Assembly: GCA_042408215.1 (NCBI GenBank) | Contig: JAYFMW010000030.1 | Span: 224,001 to 288,000 of the forward strand | Origin: Microcoleus sp. | GTDB taxonomy: Bacteria; Cyanobacteriota; Cyanobacteriia; Cyanobacteriales; Microcoleaceae | Direction of reading: 5' to 3' | Length of the DNA stretch: 64,000 nt | Shown here: positions 9,651-19,780 of the stretch, in pieces | How positions within the stretch are numbered: the stretch's first letter is position 1 | Layout: each line of letters starts with the position of its first letter | Position numbers and translations under genes: made by a program | The notes under the pieces: model-generated | Told to the model about the DNA's origin: nothing | The model's input: the letters and a program-made list of their open reading frames with translations, nothing else | The model's database searches: none

Positions 9651-9966
9651 TACAGCGAAAACCGCTGTTATGAGGTACACCCACTTATCGTTCAATCCTC
9701 CTAGGGACACTCCAAGAGCCCATAGGTGTCAACTTAAGCCTGAAAGCCTTGATAAATCTCGTTTTTACCTGAGTCCAGATCCCCCTAAATCCCCCTTAAG
9801 AAGGGGGACTTTGAGAAGACTCTTGTCCCCCCCTTCTTAAGGGGGGCTAGGGGGGATCTAGGCTTAATAGTCAAACAGCAGTCTCTGACTGGGTTTGACG
9901 TTAAGTTGACACCAATGGGCTCCTGGAGTGTCCCTACCGTGTTTCATAACAGCGGGAACTGCTGTA
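9651..9966. repeat. Nested palindromic MITE composite
   Basis: Concentric IR pairs: CCGCTGTTATGA/TCATAACAGCGG, TAGGGACACTCC/GGAGTGTCCCTA, GGTGTCAACTTAA/TTAAGTTGACACC, GATCCCCC/GGGGGATC. Confidence 0.8.
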
Positions 9967-9988
9967 TCTAAATTTATTCTAAAGTTTG

Positions 9989-11536
9989 TTGACACTCCCC
10001 GGTCTAAAGACACGGGGATTCTTAAGGACAAACTTTGGGGGATGAATCCGCCCAAAGTTTAATTCTCAAAGGGTTAGTCAGAAACCCCCTACCCACTCGC
10101 TCAATAATTGAGTCTATGGCTACTTTTGACTTTCTAATGATATTAGCTGCACCGTTAACATCTGCATTGATTAACAACCCAGCGCTAGAACGGTACAATC
10201 CTCTTTTGATTCTTTTACCCGATGGTTGCCAATTGTCAGGTTTTTCACCGACTTTTACTGGCAAAATGTCTCGGTCTAAAAAACTTGATTTTGATGTGTA
10301 AGATTCGTCTTGCTCTACAAATCGCCAGCCCCTTAAATCGCACTCTTGTTGGAGTCTATCTTTGACTTTAGCTGTGGGTATTTGGACAAAGTTCTGATTA
10401 GTCACTCCCCTCATATTGACTTCTTGCTTCTGTCCTTTATTCCAACCAAAGACTAAGACATTTATTTGGTTATTTTCGCAATAATCTATAATACTTCTAA
10501 CTGCTTTGTTGACAGCATCTCTCATCCTTCTAGTGCGAGTTTCTGACAACTGTTGTAATCTTTTTGACGAGAAACCTTTGGGTAATTTATGTATTGCGTG
10601 TTCTGATTGAATTCTCGCTTTTTCTTTGTTAAACCATTGGTTCCAAGACTTGAGTCTAAGTCCATCAATGATGAAAGGTTTACCATTGCTAGAGACACAA
10701 GTTAACCAGTTATTGATGCCGTGATCGATGCCCAGAACCCCTGTTACTTCCAAGCTGCAACTAGGGGCTTGTTCAGTGAGGGATTCGTGGACATATTCGA
10801 CCCATACCGCACCATTTCTAGGGATTAACCTGAGTTCTTTGATCTGGCAATTCTTGATCCGTTCAGGTAGCGGCACCCAAATCGCATCTTTCCCAAAGTA
10901 TTCTTTTCCTTTTTTCCCCAGGGGTAATCTGATTTTATTTCCAATTACCTTTAAGGCTTGACCGGGATAGGAAACGGGGTACATTCCCCCTTTGGTTCTG
11001 TACCTTGGTAGTCTCGGTTTTTGATTAATTGCTCCTTTGTTTGCCAACTTCTCTAAGGCTCGGAAAGAAGTAAAAGATTCTGCGACAGATTTAAGAGATT
11101 GTTGGGCAACTTGAGAGTATAGCAACCCGTAATTTTCGTTGGTCTTGGCTATTTTATATAAATCTGGATATTTAACTACGCTTTGGTTCTTAAAGTATTG
11201 TTGCCGACTTTCGTAAGTTCCGACATTAAACAGATTATTTGACCATCTTAGTAGTTGTTCGACAATGGTTTTGTCGAGTCCTTTTAAATGCCAAACATCT
11301 TTTTGTACTGCGTACATTTAACTTACTGGCTATTGTGACACTAGGTTTAGTATATATCGTGAATTAACAAGTTAATTAATCCTAAACAAATCTTTACCTT
11401 GGTCTCAATTGCTAGAAGAATTTGTCCGGGGACGGTTAAACATTATGTTATATTGAAACTTACGAACAGGCAGGATAAATCCTGCCACGCCCTTTCATCC
11501 CTGGACTAAAGTCACAGGGTTTTCAGGGTATTTCTT
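9989..11536 (-). mobile_element. IS200/IS605-family (IS1341-like, TnpB-only) insertion sequence
   Basis: TTTAT motif at 11541-11537, subterminal hairpins at both ends, right end ...GGGGAGTGTCAA, no TIR/TSD, contains tnpB and no intact tnpA. Confidence 0.93.
10022..11317 (-). CDS. tnpB: RNA-guided endonuclease TnpB (rearranged RuvC-II type, no zinc finger)
   Basis: RuvC-I LGIDHG; G at the canonical RuvC-II position (VLVFGWNKGQKQ) with alternative Glu in QDESYTSK; RuvC-III NADVNGAANI. Confidence 0.93.
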   Translation of the reverse strand: MYAVQKDVWHLKGLDKTIVEQLLRWSNNLFNVGTYESRQQYFKNQSVVKYPDLYKIAKTNENYGLLYSQVAQQSLKSVAESFTSFRALEKLANKGAINQKPRLPRYRTKGGMYPVSYPGQALKVIGNKIRLPLGKKGKEYFGKDAIWVPLPERIKNCQIKELRLIPRNGAVWVEYVHESLTEQAPSCSLEVTGVLGIDHGINNWLTCVSSNGKPFIIDGLRLKSWNQWFNKEKARIQSEHAIHKLPKGFSSKRLQQLSETRTRRMRDAVNKAVRSIIDYCENNQINVLVFGWNKGQKQEVNMRGVTNQNFVQIPTAKVKDRLQQECDLRGWRFVEQDESYTSKSSFLDRDILPVKVGEKPDNWQPSGKRIKRGLYRSSAGLLINADVNGAANIIRKSKVAIDSIIERVGRGFLTNPLRIKLWADSSPKVCP

Positions 11537-12289
11537 ATAAACAGGGCGGCATCCAGACAATAAACCGTGCAAATTGACGACATTACCGATGACTGCGATC
11601 GCCGGTGCTGCAAATCCAGTCGCCTCAACTTGCTCTACAATTGTAGCTAAAGTTCCGATCAATTCTTCCTGTTCTGGCCGCGTTCCCCAACGCACTAAAG
11701 CTATGGGCGTTTCAGCACTCAATCCTGCTGCTGTCAACTGGCCGATGATGTATGGTAAATTGTGAATCCCCATGTATATTACAATGGTTTCGGAGCCGTG
11801 GGCGATCGCCTGCCAATTTACCTCTGGTCGATATTTTCCTGCTGATTCGTGACCGGTAACAAAGGTAACAGAAGAACTGTACGATCGATGTGTTAAAGGA
11901 ATTCCCGCATAAGCAGGGGCTGCAATCCCAGAAGTGACACCGGGAACTACTTCTACAGAGACTCCAGCTTTGACCAAATCTTCCATTTCTTCGCCACCAC
12001 GGCCGAAGATAAACGGATCGCCGCCTTTGAGACGGACAACTATTGCATTGTCTTGAGCTTTTTCGATCAATAACTGAGTTGTTTCGTCTTGGATTAGCGA
12101 ATGCTTGCCGCGACGTTTTCCGGCATCAATTCGTTCTGCTTGGGGGTTGATTGACTCCAAAATTTGAGGGCTAACTAAAGCGTCGTAAATTACCACATCG
12201 GCACACTCTAACAGAGTTTTTCCCTTCAGTGTCATCAAACCAGGATCTCCAGGCCCCGCACCTACCAAGTAGACTTTACCAACCGACAT
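11495..12289 (-). CDS. cobA: Uroporphyrinogen-III C-methyltransferase; C-terminus replaced by IS left end
   Basis: [45 protein letters not shown] before the ATG at 12289. Confidence 0.95.
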   Translation of the reverse strand: MSVGKVYLVGAGPGDPGLMTLKGKTLLECADVVIYDALVSPQILESINPQAERIDAGKRRGKHSLIQDETTQLLIEKAQDNAIVVRLKGGDPFIFGRGGEEMEDLVKAGVSVEVVPGVTSGIAAPAYAGIPLTHRSYSSSVTFVTGHESAGKYRPEVNWQAIAHGSETIVIYMGIHNLPYIIGQLTAAGLSAETPIALVRWGTRPEQEELIGTLATIVEQVEATGFAAPAIAVIGNVVNLHGLLSGCRPVYKKYPENPVTLVQG

Positions 12290-12333
12290 TTTTACCTCTT
12301 TTTTTAGTTGTGCCTCTTGTGTGTCTTTGCGGT

Positions 12334-13095
12334 TCATTTTTGAATTAACTCCCCAATTAAGTCTGCTAATTCTACAGTTGCGCCTAGAGGATTTGCTAGA
12401 TGAATTTCTGCTGTGGGAAATTGCTGCTTTAACTGTGCGACTGTTTTGGCGATCGCATCTGTAATTCCTCCATTAAATAAGAAGTATGGCACTATTCCTA
12501 TTTGCTGCTGTCCATCACGAACTAAATTGTCAATTTGTTCTTCCAAACTCGGCTTGACCGACCAATAAGCTGTTACAGCGCCAACTTTACTAGCTATTTC
12601 TTCAACTGTCGAGTTTCCTCCCGGACGGCGGCTGCCGTGAGATAGTAAAATCCACTTTGGTGAGCGCAAATTGGGGAGAAAAGCCACCTCTTGCATCTGA
12701 GTTTTCACCAAGTTGGTTAAGCCTGCTTCTTGGGTTCCCAAATGCGGCTGCAAGTTAATTGTTAGCTTGTCAGAAAAAGTTTTCCTGGCAATTTCTAGCT
12801 GTGCGGGTATGTCTTCGGCGACGTGAACTCCCGGCAATAAAAATATGGGCAAGATTTGGACTTCTGTCAATCCGAGGGAGAGGGTATGTTCGCCAAAATG
12901 GCAAATTTGTTCGTGCAGTGGCGCGAGGCCCAACTCTAAGGTGGCGGTTCCGACTGCGGGCACAGAGGAAGTGGCAGAATTGCTCAAAATTGGTGAATTT
13001 TGAGACAGCAGTTTAGCTAGGTTTTCCAGGGCTAGTTGGGGTCGGGGGTCGCGACTGCCGTGAGAGACTAATAAATAGGTCGATCGCAATTTCAA
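12334..13095 (-). CDS. cbiX: Sirohydrochlorin chelatase (two CbiX domains)
   Basis: LVSHGSRDP, PIFLLPGVHVAEDIP, second LSHGSRR; adjacent to cobA. Confidence 0.88.
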   Translation of the reverse strand: MKLRSTYLLVSHGSRDPRPQLALENLAKLLSQNSPILSNSATSSVPAVGTATLELGLAPLHEQICHFGEHTLSLGLTEVQILPIFLLPGVHVAEDIPAQLEIARKTFSDKLTINLQPHLGTQEAGLTNLVKTQMQEVAFLPNLRSPKWILLSHGSRRPGGNSTVEEIASKVGAVTAYWSVKPSLEEQIDNLVRDGQQQIGIVPYFLFNGGITDAIAKTVAQLKQQFPTAEIHLANPLGATVELADLIGELIQK

Positions 13096-13281
13096 TATTT
13101 CAAGAGGGATGTGATGTTAATGGTCGATCAGAATTTTCAATAATTATAGCATCTTGGAGTTTCCCTGAATATTGCCGCACTCGGTTAATTTGGCTGACAT
13201 GACATCAAGGTGTCGCTGTCAGGGAGAGAGACTGACAGATCGCAGCCCAAGTTTCTCGATCGGCTTCTTGCGACTTTTTAC

Positions 13282-13311
13282 TTGACAAATAATCCCGCAG
13301 TTTGGTATAAT
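13282..13311 (+). promoter_or_regulatory. Consensus sigma70 promoter with no downstream + strand gene
   Basis: TTGACA-N18-TATAAT with extended -10 (TGG TATAAT). Confidence 0.55.
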
Positions 13312-13404
13312 TAACACCCGGACATTCAATCAAATTAAGTTCCTAATTCAAAGTCATAAATCAAGAAGTCATAGCTCAAGAAGTCATAGCTCAATCAAAA
13401 TTGA

Positions 13405-13543
13405 TATCAATTCCGGTTGCACCGTCAGGTGATGTTGACTGTTGACTGTTGGCTGTTGACGGTTGACTGTTGACGGTTGGCTGTTGACTGTTGGCTGTTG
13501 ACTGTTGATGGTTTGAACAATACCGATGCAACCGGAAACGATA
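13405..13543. mobile_element. MITE, TATCAATTCCGG-TIR family, TGA target duplication, carrying GTTGACT heptamers
   Basis: TGA|TATCAATTCCGGTTGCA...TGCAACCGGAAACGATA|TGA. Confidence 0.75.
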
Positions 13544-13643
13544 TGATGGAGAAAAATTTTCCTGGGGATTGGTGGCGATATTGGTTGTTGAAAACTGAGG
13601 AGCGGGAGTTTTTAATAAACTTAAATTGGTCGAGTTATCGCTA

Positions 13644-14588
13644 TTAATGAGAGTAGGAATAATCCGAGCTTTTGGCGAGGGAGATAGAGTTGGGACTACG
13701 AATCTTTAAAGCTGCATTGATATCTTGCAAAACTTCGACGGCGAAACTGTATCGCTGATTGATATGAACTTGCAGCAATTTATCTAAGATTTCACCTAAC
13801 TCGTTGCTAATAATTGTGCCTTTTGGGAGGTACTCGCGCCACCACCAACGCTCGCTGTTGCCGTCGTACATATCCAAGGGAGGAACTTGGGTCATCATGC
13901 GAATGCAGGTGACACCTAAACTGTAAAGGTCGCTGGCAGGAAATACTTTCCCTCGCATTTGTTCGGGAGCTAAATAATCTGGGCTGCCGATTAAAGTTGC
14001 TGGACGGAGTAGGGCTGTATCGGTGAGCACTTTAGCAATCCCGAAATCGATCAATACTGGTTTGCGATCCGACTGGCGACGGATAATATTTTCTGGTTTG
14101 ATGTCGCGGTGAACAACGTGACGATCGTGGATGAATTGCAGCACTGGCAATAAGTCTTGCAGTAGTTGCCAAATCTGATTTTCACCATATATACTCTGGT
14201 CTAATTCTTGTTTTAGAGTCGGCCCATCAATAAATTCTTCAACTAAATAAACATGGTGTTCTTCTTCAAAGCAGGCTAACAATTTGGGGATTTGCGGGTG
14301 ATTTCCGAGTTCATCTAAACGAATAGCTTCTTGCCGAAATAGATCTAGTGCTTTGCTGCATATTTCGGGATCGCGATCGTAAAAATAAAATTGCTTGACT
14401 GCACATCGGGGATGGGATGGGATGTCTTCATCGACTGCTAAGAAAGTTTTGCCAAATCCACCTCTACCTAAAAGTGCGATCGGTCGATATCGCTGTCTCA
14501 GCAAAAGATTAGATCCACAACTTAAGCAAAATTCGGCAGTGTTAAGATTTTGGGGATTTTGACATTTTGGGTTGACACAGTAGCTCAT
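13644..14588 (-). CDS. Ser/Thr protein kinase with N-terminal 4-Cys zinc ribbon
   Basis: CVNPKC..CLSCG, LGRGGFGKT, HRDIKPEN, IDFG, APE. Confidence 0.93.
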   Translation of the reverse strand: MSYCVNPKCQNPQNLNTAEFCLSCGSNLLLRQRYRPIALLGRGGFGKTFLAVDEDIPSHPRCAVKQFYFYDRDPEICSKALDLFRQEAIRLDELGNHPQIPKLLACFEEEHHVYLVEEFIDGPTLKQELDQSIYGENQIWQLLQDLLPVLQFIHDRHVVHRDIKPENIIRRQSDRKPVLIDFGIAKVLTDTALLRPATLIGSPDYLAPEQMRGKVFPASDLYSLGVTCIRMMTQVPPLDMYDGNSERWWWREYLPKGTIISNELGEILDKLLQVHINQRYSFAVEVLQDINAALKIRSPNSISLAKSSDYSYSH

Positions 14589-14663
14589 ATTGATTTTGGA
14601 TTTTAGATTTTAGATTAGGGAAAGGATCAAGAATTAACTATTTTAGTCCTGGACGCACTCCGA

Positions 14664-14735
14664 CAAAGAAACCGGGTTTTTTACTTAATCTGTGGGTAAC
14701 AACGAAGTATTTTGGTAAAAAAACCCGGTTTCTGG
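14664..14735. repeat. AGAAACCGGGTTTTT / AAAAACCCGGTTTCT palindromic repeat family (also ~38648, ~46514, ~61806)
   Basis: Four recognisable intergenic copies; the 38630-38736 copy is bounded by GGACTTACGCA/TGCGTAAGTCC. Confidence 0.8.
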
Positions 14736-15045
14736 ACCCCGTAGGGACACGGCACTGCCGTGTCTAAAGCTGCACTTCATAAACCGGGGATACGCTGTAT
14801 GAGCCTATTTTAATGTGCTGGCCCAAATCGGGACACTGGTTTGTTGCTGGGTTCGGCTTCATCGACCCGGAACTGCCGAAAGATTGGGGACTGGTCACAA
14901 GCTAAAATTATGCTAAAGTCATACAGTGCATGAGATTCAAAGCACTGTGAATACAGGCGATCGCCCGAAATTCACAAAAATTAAAAAAAAATTTGCCAAA
15001 CCCCTAGACCTATGCTAACGTTAGATGCTATAGTGAAAAAAACAC

Positions 15046-15119
15046 GGCGAGTGTAGCCAAGTGGTTAAGGCAGTGGTTTGTGGTACCACCATTCGTGGGT
15101 TCAATTCCCATCATTCGCC
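15046..15119 (+). tRNA. trnH: tRNA-His(GTG) with encoded G-1, CCA not encoded
   Basis: Acceptor GCGAGTG/CATTCGC, D arm AGCCAAGTGGTTAAGGC, anticodon arm GTGGT-TTGTGGT-ACCAC, T arm GTGGGTTCAATTCCCAT. Confidence 0.95.
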
Positions 15120-15478
15120 CTTTTAAGTCCGCCAGGGCATAGATTCCCTGGCTAATAGCTGAATTCCTCTGAAGAGGAATAAGGGATCTTTTGTGTGACA
15201 ATTAGGCCTAGATCCCCCCTAACCAGGGCGGGCACGGGGGCACCGCCCCTACAGAAGGGGGGAACCGGAAATGGATCAAAGTCCCCCTTCTTAAGGAGGA
15301 TTTAGGGGGATCTAGACTCGGCTGTGAACGAGATATACAAGGGTTTTAGGCTTAAGTTGTCACCAATCGGTAGAGCCTGGTAACGAGTAGAATGAGTAGA
15401 ATAGTGCCCTGCGATGCAAGTTTCGATTGTGTTAATATTATATTAGTCGGGGCGACCAACAATTATTGAAAAATAAAG

Positions 15479-18400
15479 ATGCCATCTTTAGTTGCAGAAG
15501 ATTGGGGATATAAATTTACTGGAAATCGGGCGATTAATAAGTTTATTCGCGATGTTGAAGGAGAAGCGGCTTTAGCAAAATATTGCGATTGGGAATGCAA
15601 AGAGCGTGCGGAAATTTTAATGTCTGAGATTGCTGGAAAATCGCACAATCTTTTCTACGTGCGCCGCCAACAGGTAAATCAGAGATTTGCGGAAGAAGAA
15701 ATATGGGAATTAATCATTGCTACGGATCGAGATGATTTTGAATTACCGGAATTGCTGCAAAAAGCCGATCGCACTTTGCGATTATTAGCTTGTGTACGCT
15801 TTGAAGACGGAATTGGTGGCTTAAAGTTACTGGATGCTGGTTTAGTAAATCAGCTAAGAGGTAAGAAAGATGGGTATGTTTTGCCGGCGAAATTGCGACT
15901 TTTAGGCAATAGTAAAGCCGGTGTTCCTCGCAAGTCGATCGCCCGCGTGCAACAATTGCCATTTTGGGACGATAGACACATCCCAACTACGGAACAACTA
16001 AAAGTTTGGCACACTTTCTTAAAAGTTGAAAAACGCATTGCCGAAGCTCGTCAATTTTGCGTACCTTTTCGAGGTCATAATTACGGTTCTAGCCTCAAAA
16101 TCATCACTTTAGAAATTGATTGTAGTTCCGCAACTCTGGATGGCTATGATGAGAATTCCTTAGAATTGGGCGACTTTCGGGAAAGGCTGAAAAAGGCGCG
16201 CAATGAAGAAATTACCCTGTTTGATTCTGCACCGGGAAGCAGAAGCAGCCGAGATGGAGACACTTTAGGAACGATCGCCGAAATTGACTTTGAAAGCAGC
16301 AAGTTGCGGATTAAGTTAGATCCTGATTTAGCCGCTCGCAGGTTGGGCGATCGATATTTATTGCCTAAACAAGGATTCTTGTATTTTGAGGCTGCTGGCG
16401 ATATCAGTCAGATCAGACGCAAAGAACAAGCTTTAAAAATGTTGGCAGATGGCCGCGCTCAAAATCCCTATTTGAGTGATTTTTTATTCGACGCTTCTCA
16501 AGCAAGACAGCCGCAAAAAAATATTAAATTAGAGCGAGAAAACTTATTAAATCGCAATGCTAATGCTGACCAAATTGCTGCCGTAGAAACGGTGCTTTCC
16601 GCACGGGATTTAATTCTGATTCAAGGCCCGCCGGGAACAGGTAAAACTACCGTTATTGCCGAGATTTGCTATCAAATTGCCCGTCTGGGTGGGAAAACGC
16701 TGATTGCTTCTCAAGCTAATTTAGCTGTAGATAATGCTTTGAGTCGGTTGGTTCACAATCCGGCGATTCGGGCTTTGCGGAAGGGAAAAGCTCATAAGGT
16801 TCAGGAAGAAGGGCAGCCGTTTCTGGAGGAAAATGCGATCGGCACTTGGCTACAAAATACTGCGACTGACTGCGAACAAAAACTATTACAGCGGCATAAA
16901 AATGTCACATATTTGCGGCAGTTGCTGACAGACTATGAACGATTTGCAGCTTACTTTGCCGCCGAAGCCGAATTTTATAACCAACAGAAACATCTACACA
17001 GTAGCAAGGCAAGTCTTGAGGCTAACTGCAACCACCAAGAAACAGCATACCAGGAAAGTTTAGCACAAAAAAATGAAATTGAATCTTTATTTTTGGGTTT
17101 AGAAAATCTTCTGGCTGCACCGAATGTCAAGTGGGAATCTCCAGAAATTGCCGAATTTTTGCCCAGACTGAAACCATACTCAGAAGGCAATGTTTTAGTA
17201 GAAAACTTTCTGGCAAATGTGCGGATAGCCGCCAGCAATGCTACTCAAATTGGCTTTGTTAGGCCCCCTTGCGGTGCTTTTGGAATTGCGGTTTGGCTGC
17301 GGGAAACTGTAGCGCCCCAAATATCGGAATTTAAGGCAGCATTTGATGGTGCTGATGATGCTTGTAATGCTATGTCAGCAGTTGTGGAATCCCTGCGGGT
17401 GTCGCGGCAGATTTCTGATGCTTTGAATCAGCTACAATTGGGCGATCGACAACAGACAAATCGCCAAAATTTAGAGCAGAAAATCCAGAATTTAGAACTG
17501 CGAAAAGCGGAAATTGCGATCGTTGTAGTCGCAGTTGCAACATGGATTAACACAGCGGATGCTCGACTTTATGAAGTTGTGAAATCTTGCTGGGAAACGG
17601 GGGCTTTGCTGACCGATGACATGGTAGAATTGCCTGTGGGATTGTTAAAAATTGCCCGATCGCTCAAATTGCCGATCGTCCCCCCCAAATGGAAAGTTAA
17701 TTTGCCCGATTTAGAAAGACTGCAAAAGGCGATATCCCATGAAGCCAGCGCAGGTTTTAAGGACATTCAAGGCCAACAATTCCGGTTTAGCGAGTTTTTG
17801 CACCTAAATTTGAGTCAAACGCCCATCGTGCTCTCAGCGGGCGATCGGACTCAATGGCAACAACTAGCAAAAGACTTTGATAACTATTCCCAAGTAACTC
17901 GCAGTCAGCGCCAATTTCTCATAGAAAAAGCTCGCACTTTGTTAAGTAATATTCAACAAATTTACAGTGCATCTTTCCAGCCAAATAACATCGAGACTAC
18001 ACTACATAGCGTCGCCAAAGAATTGCTGCACAGCATCCTAGAAAATGCGCGACAATGCGTGGTTCCCCTGAAAACTGAAACCGAACAGCAACTGCAAAAA
18101 CAGCAACAGCTATTAGAGCGACTCAACTTAAGCTTAAACCAGGCAGAAATATCCGCCCTTAAACTTCAGCTAGAAACAGCACAGCAAGCAACAAATTTAA
18201 AAATTAACACAGTAACTAATCTACTGCAAGCAATTGTCCAACAGTCAAACCTACCTGAAAAATTGCGGATTCTAGCAGAACAATATATTGCCCAAAAATC
18301 TAATATTTGGGAACAGCCGCAGCAGTTTTCAAAGCAAGTTGATGCTTGGAAAGCCAATGCAGTTCAGCTTGAAAGTTCCATTGCTGGCTTAGATCCTTTC

Positions 18401-19780
18401 GGTGTTTTGAATATCATCAAAAACAGTCTTAACGAGCATTTATCTCCGCTGCAAATAGCCTCAGAAAAATCGCAGCAGCAACTTCAACAGCTACAAATAG
18501 AGTTAAGTGAAATTCATGCTCAAATCCAACAGCAACAGCTAACACCAGGATTAATTATTGAGAGAAATTGGTGGGACTCAGCATGGCCAACTATCCCCGA
18601 TAAATACAAACCAGAAATTCCCTCTACGGGATTATTCACTGTGGATTTTTTACGCAAAATCAAGCGGCAATTCAACAATTGGCAGCGGGAATTAGCACAA
18701 GACGAAACCGAACTAAATCGCTCTCAAAACTTCGTTACAGACTGGATTGAAAAACTCCGCAATCCCTCAGAAAAAGACCAAAGCGATTTAAAACAAATTT
18801 ATATTGACAATGCCAATGTCATTGGCATTACTTGCGTGCAAGCAGCCAGTTTCGACTTTAGCAAAAACTTTCCCAGCTTTGATGCAGTCATCATTGACGA
18901 AGTTAGTAAATGCACTCCTCCAGAATTATTAATTCCCGCTTTGAAAGGCAAAAAATTAGTATTAGTAGGCGATCACCGACAATTGCCGCCAATGTTCGAT
19001 CGCAATACGATCGACGATATTGCCGAAGAAATCGGCTGTACCGGAGACGAACTAAGTTTCATCAAAGAATCCCTGTTCAAAGTTTTGTTTGAAAATGCCA
19101 GCGACAGCATCAAACAAATGCTGACAACTCAATACCGAATGCACCCGCAGATTATGGGAGCAATCAATCAATTTTATGACCAAAAACTCAACTGTGGAAT
19201 TGCCGAACCCGATGCAAGACGCGCCCACAATCTCGCAGGTAAAATCATTCAAGAAAATAATCACATACTCTGGGTGAAAACGCCGATCGGACAAGGTTTT
19301 GAAGAAGAAAAAAATGGAACTTCGCGCTTGAATGTCAAAGAAGTAGATGCAATTGAACGTTTGTGCGAGCAAATGGAAACAGCTTGGTTGCCAAAAATTT
19401 CCGAGGGTGAACCGCCCAAAGAAATCGGAATTATTACTTTTTACGGCGCTCAATTGAGGTTAATTCAAGATAGAATTGAACCAGAAAAATTTCCATCTTT
19501 GAGCATCCGCACCGGTACTGTTGACATATTTCAAGGCATGGAGCGACCTGCGATCATTGTCAGCACAGTGTGCAATAATAATAGGGGTGATATTGGATTT
19601 GCTAAGGAACCGGAACGGGTGAATGTGGCATTTTCCCGCGCTCAGGAATTGCTGGTAGTTGTTGGCTGCCACGATTTATTTACCCAACAAACAGGTACTG
19701 TCGGAAAAATGTATCAGGAAGTTTCAAAAATTGTGCGTTACTTTGGAGGTTTTGTAGATGTTTCTAGCGTCATCAACTAA
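15479..19780 (+). CDS. Upf1/DNA2-like SF1 helicase (AAA_11/AAA_12) with ~700-aa coiled-coil-rich insertion
   Basis: QGPPGTGKTT, SQANLAVDN, IIDEVSK, LVGDHRQLPP, QYRMHPQI, TVDIFQGME, RVNVAFSRA. Confidence 0.9.
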   Translation: MPSLVAEDWGYKFTGNRAINKFIRDVEGEAALAKYCDWECKERAEILMSEIAGKSHNLFYVRRQQVNQRFAEEEIWELIIATDRDDFELPELLQKADRTLRLLACVRFEDGIGGLKLLDAGLVNQLRGKKDGYVLPAKLRLLGNSKAGVPRKSIARVQQLPFWDDRHIPTTEQLKVWHTFLKVEKRIAEARQFCVPFRGHNYGSSLKIITLEIDCSSATLDGYDENSLELGDFRERLKKARNEEITLFDSAPGSRSSRDGDTLGTIAEIDFESSKLRIKLDPDLAARRLGDRYLLPKQGFLYFEAAGDISQIRRKEQALKMLADGRAQNPYLSDFLFDASQARQPQKNIKLERENLLNRNANADQIAAVETVLSARDLILIQGPPGTGKTTVIAEICYQIARLGGKTLIASQANLAVDNALSRLVHNPAIRALRKGKAHKVQEEGQPFLEENAIGTWLQNTATDCEQKLLQRHKNVTYLRQLLTDYERFAAYFAAEAEFYNQQKHLHSSKASLEANCNHQETAYQESLAQKNEIESLFLGLENLLAAPNVKWESPEIAEFLPRLKPYSEGNVLVENFLANVRIAASNATQIGFVRPPCGAFGIAVWLRETVAPQISEFKAAFDGADDACNAMSAVVESLRVSRQISDALNQLQLGDRQQTNRQNLEQKIQNLELRKAEIAIVVVAVATWINTADARLYEVVKSCWETGALLTDDMVELPVGLLKIARSLKLPIVPPKWKVNLPDLERLQKAISHEASAGFKDIQGQQFRFSEFLHLNLSQTPIVLSAGDRTQWQQLAKDFDNYSQVTRSQRQFLIEKARTLLSNIQQIYSASFQPNNIETTLHSVAKELLHSILENARQCVVPLKTETEQQLQKQQQLLERLNLSLNQAEISALKLQLETAQQATNLKINTVTNLLQAIVQQSNLPEKLRILAEQYIAQKSNIWEQPQQFSKQVDAWKANAVQLESSIAGLDPFGVLNIIKNSLNEHLSPLQIASEKSQQQLQQLQIELSEIHAQIQQQQLTPGLIIERNWWDSAWPTIPDKYKPEIPSTGLFTVDFLRKIKRQFNNWQRELAQDETELNRSQNFVTDWIEKLRNPSEKDQSDLKQIYIDNANVIGITCVQAASFDFSKNFPSFDAVIIDEVSKCTPPELLIPALKGKKLVLVGDHRQLPPMFDRNTIDDIAEEIGCTGDELSFIKESLFKVLFENASDSIKQMLTTQYRMHPQIMGAINQFYDQKLNCGIAEPDARRAHNLAGKIIQENNHILWVKTPIGQGFEEEKNGTSRLNVKEVDAIERLCEQMETAWLPKISEGEPPKEIGIITFYGAQLRLIQDRIEPEKFPSLSIRTGTVDIFQGMERPAIIVSTVCNNNRGDIGFAKEPERVNVAFSRAQELLVVVGCHDLFTQQTGTVGKMYQEVSKIVRYFGGFVDVSSVIN

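Noticed and set aside
11425..11478. tnpA relic (TVKHY / YIE on + strand)
   Set aside because: Too short and in mixed frames; cannot be supported by eye.
9989..11536. IStron (group I intron-IS chimera) splicing out of cobA
   Set aside because: Only ~220 bp separate the left end from tnpB, no intron core is recognisable, and the element ends in TCAA rather than a terminal G.
13096..13400. Cobalamin riboswitch upstream of cbiX-cobA
   Set aside because: No B12-box or conserved core motifs seen on the minus strand.
13644..14588. Kinase as a confirmed third component of the helicase-PLD system
   Set aside because: Divergent orientation, separated by tRNA-His, and of a common cyanobacterial 4-Cys kinase type; no direct evidence of linkage.
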